Source: Candidatus Altiarchaeota archaeon
GTDB taxonomy: Archaea > Altiarchaeota > Altiarchaeia > IMC4 > SCGC-AAA252-I15
Assembly (NCBI GenBank): GCA_043813075.1
Contig: JBDRLL010000025.1
Coordinates: 1 to 28,251 of the forward strand
Direction: 5' to 3'
Length of the DNA stretch: 28,251 bases
The first letter of the stretch is position 1; each line of letters begins with the position of its first letter. Shown here in pieces: positions 18,861 to 26,353 of this stretch. The translations under genes and the position numbers were made by a program. The notes under the pieces were generated by a model that saw nothing but the letters and a program-made list of their open reading frames with translations, ran no database searches and had not been told where the DNA came from.

Positions 18861-20480
18861 ATGGCCGCAGATCACAGGAGCGTTATGCTGCTGGCAGCCT
18901 CGGCGATATTCATCATAGTCGCCCTGATGCCGGTGACATTCCTCCTCTTGGACTCATTCACATCAGACCAGGGACTCAACCTAGCCACCTACCACAGCAT
19001 ACTGTCAAACAAAAGACAGACCCAGTTACTAAAAAATACCATCAAGCTGTCAGTGGCTGTGACAATACTATCCACACTGATGGGAGTCCCACTCTCAATA
19101 CTCCTCTACAAGACAGACCTGCCGCTCCAGAAGATATACAGGATCGCATTCATCTCCATACTCATAGTCCCACCATACATCGGGGCGATAGCATGGATCA
19201 ATCTTATGGGAAGCGCAGGATACCTAAACCAGGCAATTTCAGGCATCACAGGCCTTAAAAGCCCTTTATTCGACATCTACGGCTTCTGGGGTTCAGTGCT
19301 CGTACTCACATTATCCACCTTCCCCCTAGTCGTCCTGCTATCAGGCGGCGCCCTCAACTCGATAGACAAAAACCTTGAGGAGGCGGCCATAATCTCGCGG
19401 GGATACTTGAAGTCAATCACGGCAGTGACACTGCGGCTCGCATCACCAGGAATAACGCTAGGCGCACTACTAGTCTTCATAACCGTCGTCTCAGACTTCG
19501 GGGTGGTGTCATTCCTAACGTACGACACATTCACGATAGAGATATACAGCCAGCTCGCAGCATTCTATGACACCAAAACAGCGACAGCATACTCGCTCGT
19601 ACTAATAGCACTAGCCCTCCCACCCATACTACTCCACACACGCATATACGGCACAAAAACATACACCTCAATATTCAGCGCCACAACCTCTAAAACACTA
19701 AAACTCGGAAAATGGAGGAAGCCCGCGCTAGTGGCCACGACACTACTACTCACCATAAGCTTGATACTTCCACTGTCAACACTAGCATACACGTCCCTAT
19801 TCTTCTACGGCAAGTTCAGCCACATCCAAAACTACCTGACATCACTCAACCAAGGAATGTCCAACATAACAAACAGCCTACTCTACTCACTCGCAGGATC
19901 AACGGCATCAATGATACTCGGCTTCACCATAGCATACGGCCTAAGACAAAAAAACAATACAAACAAAAAAATATTCGACATGGCACTCACACTACCCTAC
20001 ATCCTCCCAGGCACAATAATCGGGCTAGGACTCATCATACTGTGGAACAACCCAACACTCCTCATCTACAACACGCCCATAATAATAATCATCGGCTACA
20101 TGGCAAAATACACGTTTATAGCCTCTAAAACCTCAGAAATCGCTTTGAACAAGATAAGCCGATCCCTAGAGGAGGCGGCTGAATTAACTGGTAGCATGTG
20201 GCACAAGACACTGCGGAAAATCACATTACCCTTATCATCGCCAACACTATCCAATGGATGGATCCTAACATACATACTCTGCATGACCGAACTCAACACG
20301 ACCATAATGGTATACCCCCCCGGCCAAGCAACACTACCTATAAGCTTATACATTCTACAACATGACGGGCCTCCCGGGCTCGTAGCCGCACTGGCGGTCA
20401 CGCTAATCTTAATTACCCTAGCGCCCATAGTATCCCTAACAACCATAAGATGGCTGAAAACCAGAAAATCCTCGAGCTAA
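18861..20480 (+). CDS. ABC transporter permease (FbpB-like, duplicated domains)
   Basis: Multi-pass membrane protein with two EAA loops (LEEAAIISRG, LEEAAELTG). Confidence 0.9.
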   Translation: MAADHRSVMLLAASAIFIIVALMPVTFLLLDSFTSDQGLNLATYHSILSNKRQTQLLKNTIKLSVAVTILSTLMGVPLSILLYKTDLPLQKIYRIAFISILIVPPYIGAIAWINLMGSAGYLNQAISGITGLKSPLFDIYGFWGSVLVLTLSTFPLVVLLSGGALNSIDKNLEEAAIISRGYLKSITAVTLRLASPGITLGALLVFITVVSDFGVVSFLTYDTFTIEIYSQLAAFYDTKTATAYSLVLIALALPPILLHTRIYGTKTYTSIFSATTSKTLKLGKWRKPALVATTLLLTISLILPLSTLAYTSLFFYGKFSHIQNYLTSLNQGMSNITNSLLYSLAGSTASMILGFTIAYGLRQKNNTNKKIFDMALTLPYILPGTIIGLGLIILWNNPTLLIYNTPIIIIIGYMAKYTFIASKTSEIALNKISRSLEEAAELTGSMWHKTLRKITLPLSSPTLSNGWILTYILCMTELNTTIMVYPPGQATLPISLYILQHDGPPGLVAALAVTLILITLAPIVSLTTIRWLKTRKSSS

Positions 20481-21205
20481 AGGGTGTATCCAAGAGTTTT
20501 GGAAAATCGAAAATACTGGAAGACGTAGATTTGACGCTCACAAAAAAACAGATACACGTAATCCTCGGTCCGACAGGCTGCGGCAAGACAACTCTGCTAA
20601 GTCTAATCGCTGGCCTTGAGGATTTGGACAAAGGAGAAATCTGGATAAGAGACAAGCTAATTGCAGACGAGGGAAAAGCAATGTCTCCAAGGGAGAGGGA
20701 TGTTGGCATGGTATTCCAGGACACTGCGGTATGGCCTCACATGACTGTGCGGGAAAACATTGAATTCGCCTTAAAAGGCGGTGAAAACCACTATAAACGC
20801 CTTTTAAACGTTTTGAATCTTGAGAGTCTTGAAGAGAGGATGCCTCACACCCTCTCTGGCGGGCAGAGGCAGTGTGTGGCTATTGCAAGAGCTTTAGCCC
20901 AGAAGCCGTCCATGCTACTACTCGACGAGCCCATGGCAAACCTCGACTGGAGCCTCAAGAAACGGCTTCTAGACCTAATAAAAGTGCTCAAGAAAGAGTT
21001 CGAAGTGTCCATGATATATGTGACCCACGATCAGTTGGAGGCCTTCAGTATTGCTGATGTTGTTACTCTGATGAATCAAGGTCGTGTTGAACAGACTGGA
21101 GTCCTGAATGATTTTTTCAGTAAACCATCTTCAGATTTTGTCTCTGACTTTATCATAATCCCCTCACTACTAAAAGAACTGCAATCAATATCCCCCAAAA
21201 CCTAA
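20450..21205 (+). CDS. ABC transporter ATP-binding protein
   Basis: GPTGCGKT, VFQD, LSGGQRQ, LLLDEP and VTHD motifs; short, with no obvious TOBE domain. Confidence 0.93.
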   Translation: MAENQKILELKGVSKSFGKSKILEDVDLTLTKKQIHVILGPTGCGKTTLLSLIAGLEDLDKGEIWIRDKLIADEGKAMSPRERDVGMVFQDTAVWPHMTVRENIEFALKGGENHYKRLLNVLNLESLEERMPHTLSGGQRQCVAIARALAQKPSMLLLDEPMANLDWSLKKRLLDLIKVLKKEFEVSMIYVTHDQLEAFSIADVVTLMNQGRVEQTGVLNDFFSKPSSDFVSDFIIIPSLLKELQSISPKT

Positions 21206-21281
21206 ACCCTTAAATTACTGCGTTTTAGCTACTAAAACCCATGATATTTTGTATTTAAGTCATGACTGGCTTATATTAACA

Positions 21282-21309
21282 ATCCTTTTTTTTAACAGTC
21301 AAAAAGGAT
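21282..21309 (+). terminator. Possible terminator: T-tract and inverted repeat downstream of ABC operon
   Basis: ATCCTTTTT-N10-AAAAAGGAT containing a T8 run. Confidence 0.3.
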
Positions 21310-21325
21310 ACTAATCTCTCTCTTT

Positions 21326-21519
21326 ATCCTTCTTAAATCTTGAATGCACTAATAATTAATATCCATTAATCTGAAATTCTGAAAATCAAAAATCTTGACT
21401 TATATCCTTCTATATCCTTCTTAAATCTGTGATTCCATATCTTTTATCATAAGTTTCTGAAAGTAAAATTCTGAAAATCTTGATATTTAAAACCTTCTCT
21501 ATCCTTCTTATATCCATTA
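21326..21519. repeat. Degenerate ~88-bp periodic direct repeats in AT-rich intergenic region
   Basis: ATCCTTCTTA at 21326, 21414 and 21501; AAATTCTGAAAATC at 21374 and 21466; AAAATCTTGA at 21389 and 21474; tandem TATATCCTTC x2 at 21401-21420. Confidence 0.75.
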
Positions 21520-21580
21520 GCCCTTATATTATTATCAATATTTGACAGTCAAATACTGGCACTCCGCATCCACCACCAAA

Positions 21581-24500
21581 ATGCGCATTGAACAAGAGAC
21601 TACGATAGGTCCTATAGGTTCTATAATTCGGAGTGGGAAAACTGTTTTAACAGCGCTTTTTCTCGTGTTTTTGTTGCTTCCTGGCCTGGTGGATGCACAG
21701 ACAGGAGCCTGCTGTGTCGGCGACGTCTCATGTAGTGACGGCAAGACCCAGGCGGAGTGTACTGGAATGGGTGGCACCAACTGGTTTGTCAACACGTACT
21801 GCAACACGTACCCCTGCTGTGACCCCCATGCATGCTGCACCGACACCGGCTGCATAATGAAGCCGATAGCCTCTGACTGCCTATCCATCGGTGGTACCTG
21901 GATGGGGAGTGAGGACACGTGCAGCCCTGACCCCTGCCCGCAACCTAAGGCATGCTGTCTTCCGAGTGGTGGATGCTCGAACGAACTGCCAGGGGATTGC
22001 GGAGGGTTGGGTGGGACCTATTTCTCAACCGACACGTGCACAGCCGACCCTCCATTGTGCACGAGGTCAGCGTGCTGTAGGTCTGGTGGAACATGCGACG
22101 ACACTTTTTCTGAACTATGTACTGGAGCAGGAGAGCAATTCTACAATGGGCAGGCGTGTTCTGGAGTGAATTGTCTGCACGCCTGTTGCCATATGGGAAT
22201 ATGCAGTATGAAGACAGAGGCGGAATGCAGTGGAGCCAACTACCAGAAATATGTCGGGCAAACATGCTCTGAAGTGCAGTGTCCTGGAGTATGCTGCGAC
22301 AAGTCTGGCGGCGACGCAGGCACATGCTTCATGACAGATGAGGCTACGTGCGCTCCTGGCACCGACTATGAATGGCATGGGTCACTAACGACATGCACTC
22401 CAAATCCCTGCCCGCAACCAACGGGCTGCTGTGAAGACGGTTCCTGCAGCTGGAAACTCCAAACCGAATGCACGGGAACTATAATCAATACAGACGCTCT
22501 ATCCTGTGCAGGAGTCAACGACCCATGTGAAGAAGTAGCATGCTGTGTTTCAGGGACATGCATCATGAAACGCCGGAGTGAATGCAATGGAGACAGTGTA
22601 CCGATGGAAGGCCACGCGGACTGTTCAACAGTGCAGTGTAACGGAGCCTGCTGTGACAGTGAGGGAGCTAACGCTGGGATTTGTGCTCTCATGTCCGATG
22701 CGGCTTGCCCTGACACTGGACATACATTCCACCAGACATGGGACACGTGCGAACCCAATCCCTGCCCACAGCCGAGTGGCTGTTGTGAGGGAGGTAATTG
22801 CGTCTGGAAATTGCAGACCCAATGTTCCGGTACCGTAATGGGTAGCGTCAATGAGGCACAGTGTGGTGGGGATCCTGACCCCTGTGAAGAAGTGCCTTGC
22901 TGTGACACTGGCACATGCCAGATGAAGCGTCGGAGTGAATGCAACAGAATAGAGGCTGGCGGTAGTTGCAGTGGCGTCGAGTGTACTGGAGTCTGCTGCG
23001 ACAGTAGCGGAGGCAATGCTGGAACATGCGCGATGACAACAGCAAGCGGATGCCCCCCCGGGGATACATTCCACCAGACTTGGACTACGTGCACTCCAAA
23101 CCCTTGTCCACAACCAGGCGGCTGTTGTGAAGGAGACAACTGTGCGTGGAAGCTAATAACAGAATGTAGTGGGGGGCTGATATCAACTACCGAAGCAGAG
23201 TGCGGCGGCGACCCAGACCCCTGCGAACAAGTCCCATGTTGTCATAGCGGCGTCTGCACGATGAAGCGCCGTGCAGAATGCACCAGCAGCGGAGGACAAA
23301 TACAAGCAGGAGGAGACTGCGCCAGCGCACAATGCCCCGGAGCATGCTGCGACAGCGACAACACTGACGGAGGAGCTGGCGGATGCTCAATGGAAAAACC
23401 AGCAGACTGCGGTGCAGGCCACACCTTCCATCAGAACTGGCAGACATGCTCACCCAATCCATGCCCACAATTGAAGGCTTGTTGTGAGGGTGATAGTTGC
23501 GCGTGGAAGCTGGAGGACGAGTGTGGTGGTTTCCCTGTTGGTTTCACAGAAGCTGAATGTAATGCTGCGGAAGATCCGTGTGAAATGGTCCCCTGTTGTG
23601 TGTCAGGTACATGCATCATGCAGCGTAGGGGGCAGTGTACTGGCACAACAAGGAGTGTGATGGACGGGCACGCTGATTGTGGCACGGTCGAATGTCCGGG
23701 TGTGTGTTGTGATGTTGAGGGGGCGGGTATTGGTGGTTGTTCTGTTACCGAGCAGAGTAACTGTCAGGGTGCTGGGGAAGACTTCCACCAGACTTGGCAG
23801 AATTGTAATCCTGATGGAACACCATGTCCACAGCCTATCGGATGCTGTGACGGATTCGGAGAGGACTGCTCGTGGAAATTATCGTCGCAATGTACTGGCG
23901 CGCTGATTGGTGGCATAGACCAAGCCAAATGCGAAGGCGATCCTGACCCATGTGAGATGGTGCCTTGCTGCAGGTCTTCTGGGGTTTGTTCTATTGTCCG
24001 CAGGCGTTTGTGCGAGATTCAAGGCAATACTGTTGTTGAGGGGTCTGATGTTTGTGAGGGGGAGTGTCCTGGTGCTTGCTGTGATTCTGAGGGTGCTGAT
24101 GCTGGGACTTGTAATACAAAGAAGGAGAGTGAGTGCGCTAATCCCGACACCTTCCATCAGACATGGAATTGCGCTGCTGACCCTTGTCCTAAAATGAAGT
24201 CTTGTTGTGAGGGTGAGAGTTGTTCTTGGAAATTGGAGACCCAGTGTACTCCACCAAATATTGTTACTGGTTTTGATGAGGCTACTTGTAATGCTGCTGA
24301 CGACCCATGCGAGATGGTGCCGTGTTGTAAATCAGGTGTTTGCACTGATAAGCGCCGTTATCTCTGCACCCAGCAGGGCGGGACTATCGGTGTTGGCGGT
24401 GACACGTGTGCGACTGCTGAATGTCAGGGTGCTTGTTGTGATGCTGAGGATCCTGGCGCGGGTGATTGTAATCTGAAGAAGGAGAGTGAGTGCGCTAATC

Positions 24501-26353
24501 CTGACGCCTTCCATCAGAACTGGCAGTGTAATCCTGCTAATAATCCTTGCCCTCAGATGAAGGCTTGTTGTGACGGTGACAGTTGCTCTTGGAAGCTTCA
24601 GACGGAATGCACTGCACCTTCTGTTCCTGTCGGTGGTTGGGACCAGGATACATGTAACGCTGACCCTGATCCGTGTGAGATGAAGCCGTGCTGCAAGAAT
24701 GGTGTCTGCACTATGAAGCGACGCAAGTTGTGTGAAGACGATGGTGGTGTGGTCAAGGATGAGGCTGGTTGCGATCCTAACCCCTGTCAGGGTGCTTGTT
24801 GTGATGCTGAGGATCCTGGCGCAGGCGACTGCAATATGAAATTAATGGCTGACTGCGCCGATCCTGACACCTTCCATCAGACATGGCAGTGTGACCCTGC
24901 TAATAATCCTTGCCCTCAGAAGAAGGCTTGTTGTGAGGGTGACAGTTGCGTGTGGAAGTTAGAGTCTGATTGTACTGCTCCTCATACTCCTACTGGGTGG
25001 GATGAGGATACGTGTAACCTTGACCCTGATCCGTGTGAGATGGTGGCTTGTTGTAGTAATGGTGTGTGTACGATGAAGCGACGTAAGTTGTGTGAGGATG
25101 CTGGCGATCAGGTTAAGGATGGTGTTACTTCTTGCGATCCTAATCCGTGTACTGGCGCTTGCTGTGATTCTGAAGGTGATGGTCTCGGTACTTGTGAGAT
25201 GAAGACTTCTGATGAGTGCGGTGACGGCTTTGAATTCCATCAGACTTGGGAGTGTGAGACTGACGGTAAGAAACCTTGTCCGCAGCCTGGCGTATGTTGT
25301 ACTGAAAATGAAGATCCCACGCAACCGAAAGACTGTAGTGTAGTGTTGCTTAGCACTTGCGTTGACGATGGCGGCGCATTCTACTCCAGTAAAAATTCGT
25401 GCGACCCTAATCCGTGCGCGGGTTTATGTCCGCCGTCAGGCGGTGGCTCAGTGTCGTCGGCTCAACCCGCATCCATCCTAGATTCATTGTTCCGTATGCT
25501 TGGTTTTTCGTCTGATCTAGGGGGCATTGCGGAAGAGGCGCCACCTTCAACAGTGAATCTGGATGAATGTAAGTACGCATGTTGCGAATGTGATGGCTCA
25601 TGCAGTGAAAAGACTAAAGATGAGTGTGATGACGTTGATGGTGAAAGACATGAAACCAAGGAATGCAGTGAAGTAACATGCACAACATGCACCAGCAGCA
25701 CAACATCCTCTGCTACTACGTCTTCATCTGAGACTACTTCGTCTTCGGCTACGTCTTCGTCTGAGACTACTTCGTCTTCGGCTACGTCTTCGTCTGAGAC
25801 TACTTCGTCTTCGGCTACGTCTTCGTCTGCGACGACTGGGACTACTGCGACTACTGGCACGACTGCGACTACGGCTACTACTGGTACTACGGCGACTACT
25901 GCGACTACTGCGACTACGGCTACGACTGGTACGACTGCGACTACTGCGACTACGGCTACGACTGCGACTACTGGTACTACTGGTACGACTGCGACTACTG
26001 CGACTACTGCGACTACTGCGACTACGGCTACGACTGCGACTACTGGTACTACTGCGACTACTGCGACTACGGCTACGACTGCGACTACTGGGACTACTTT
26101 GGTGGGTTGTGTTGGTTTTTGTGGTGGTTGGAATTCGGATGAGTTTTGTTTTTGTGATTGTGGTTGTTTGGATGATGATACTTTTTGTTGTGGTGGTGCT
26201 GTGAGTGATTGTAGTCTTGATGTGGTTTGTGCGTCTACTACTTTGACGACTGGTACGACTGGTACGACTGCGACTACTGGTACGACTGGTACAACTATTG
26301 ATTGTAACACTATGTGCATCAACGCCGGATATGCGGGGGGGTACTGTGCATGA
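21581..26353 (+). CDS. Giant secreted cysteine-rich repeat protein (~1590 aa) with Thr-rich mucin-like stalk
   Basis: Signal peptide (KTVLTALFLVFLLLPGLVDA/QT), ~32 CC-C-C-C-C modules, S/T repeats, (TT[A/G])30, SMB-like Cys knot; no C-terminal TM anchor seen. ATG 21581 preferred over track start 21542. Confidence 0.92.
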   Translation: MRIEQETTIGPIGSIIRSGKTVLTALFLVFLLLPGLVDAQTGACCVGDVSCSDGKTQAECTGMGGTNWFVNTYCNTYPCCDPHACCTDTGCIMKPIASDCLSIGGTWMGSEDTCSPDPCPQPKACCLPSGGCSNELPGDCGGLGGTYFSTDTCTADPPLCTRSACCRSGGTCDDTFSELCTGAGEQFYNGQACSGVNCLHACCHMGICSMKTEAECSGANYQKYVGQTCSEVQCPGVCCDKSGGDAGTCFMTDEATCAPGTDYEWHGSLTTCTPNPCPQPTGCCEDGSCSWKLQTECTGTIINTDALSCAGVNDPCEEVACCVSGTCIMKRRSECNGDSVPMEGHADCSTVQCNGACCDSEGANAGICALMSDAACPDTGHTFHQTWDTCEPNPCPQPSGCCEGGNCVWKLQTQCSGTVMGSVNEAQCGGDPDPCEEVPCCDTGTCQMKRRSECNRIEAGGSCSGVECTGVCCDSSGGNAGTCAMTTASGCPPGDTFHQTWTTCTPNPCPQPGGCCEGDNCAWKLITECSGGLISTTEAECGGDPDPCEQVPCCHSGVCTMKRRAECTSSGGQIQAGGDCASAQCPGACCDSDNTDGGAGGCSMEKPADCGAGHTFHQNWQTCSPNPCPQLKACCEGDSCAWKLEDECGGFPVGFTEAECNAAEDPCEMVPCCVSGTCIMQRRGQCTGTTRSVMDGHADCGTVECPGVCCDVEGAGIGGCSVTEQSNCQGAGEDFHQTWQNCNPDGTPCPQPIGCCDGFGEDCSWKLSSQCTGALIGGIDQAKCEGDPDPCEMVPCCRSSGVCSIVRRRLCEIQGNTVVEGSDVCEGECPGACCDSEGADAGTCNTKKESECANPDTFHQTWNCAADPCPKMKSCCEGESCSWKLETQCTPPNIVTGFDEATCNAADDPCEMVPCCKSGVCTDKRRYLCTQQGGTIGVGGDTCATAECQGACCDAEDPGAGDCNLKKESECANPDAFHQNWQCNPANNPCPQMKACCDGDSCSWKLQTECTAPSVPVGGWDQDTCNADPDPCEMKPCCKNGVCTMKRRKLCEDDGGVVKDEAGCDPNPCQGACCDAEDPGAGDCNMKLMADCADPDTFHQTWQCDPANNPCPQKKACCEGDSCVWKLESDCTAPHTPTGWDEDTCNLDPDPCEMVACCSNGVCTMKRRKLCEDAGDQVKDGVTSCDPNPCTGACCDSEGDGLGTCEMKTSDECGDGFEFHQTWECETDGKKPCPQPGVCCTENEDPTQPKDCSVVLLSTCVDDGGAFYSSKNSCDPNPCAGLCPPSGGGSVSSAQPASILDSLFRMLGFSSDLGGIAEEAPPSTVNLDECKYACCECDGSCSEKTKDECDDVDGERHETKECSEVTCTTCTSSTTSSATTSSSETTSSSATSSSETTSSSATSSSETTSSSATSSSATTGTTATTGTTATTATTGTTATTATTATTATTGTTATTATTATTATTGTTGTTATTATTATTATTATTATTGTTATTATTATTATTGTTLVGCVGFCGGWNSDEFCFCDCGCLDDDTFCCGGAVSDCSLDVVCASTTLTTGTTGTTATTGTTGTTIDCNTMCINAGYAGGYCA
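22283..25417 (+). repeat. Intragenic ~360-bp (~120-aa) ABC super-repeat, 8 full copies plus a partial ninth
   Basis: A = G[AV]CCD...FHQ[TN]W..C...PCPQ; B = CCEG..C.WKL...C...DPCE; C = CC..G.C.MKRR..C...C....C. Copies starting near 24425 and 24788 share long stretches of near-identical DNA. Confidence 0.92.
25730..25828 (+). repeat. Perfect 33-bp tandem repeat x3 (ETTSSSATSSS)
   Basis: GAGACTACTTCGTCTTCGGCTACGTCTTCGTCT at 25730, 25763 and 25796. Confidence 0.95.
25829..26098 (+). repeat. 9-bp tandem repeat x30 encoding ([A/G]TT)n
   Basis: Units of the form GSK-ACK-ACK over 270 bp. Confidence 0.95.

Noticed and set aside
19712-20128. 138-aa alternative-frame ORF inside the permease
   Set aside because: By-product of the local T-poor, A/C-rich composition; no protein-like features.
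21326-21519. Possible degenerate CRISPR array
   Set aside because: Conserved cores are only 10-15 bp, the intervening sequences are themselves repeated rather than unique spacers, and no cas genes are present.
24422-24960. Near-identical repeat pair as DGR template/variable repeats
   Set aside because: Both copies are in-frame coding units, the differences are not adenine-restricted, and there is no reverse transcriptase in the window; recent duplication or conversion is simpler.
25829-26098. Homology to fish antifreeze glycoprotein
   Set aside because: The unit is Thr-Thr-Ala/Gly rather than Thr-Ala-Ala, and low-complexity similarity cannot show homology or ice-binding function.
25462-26322. 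286-aa minus-strand (VVA/VVP)n ORF
   Set aside because: Antisense shadow of the Thr-rich repeats, which lack stop codons on that strand.
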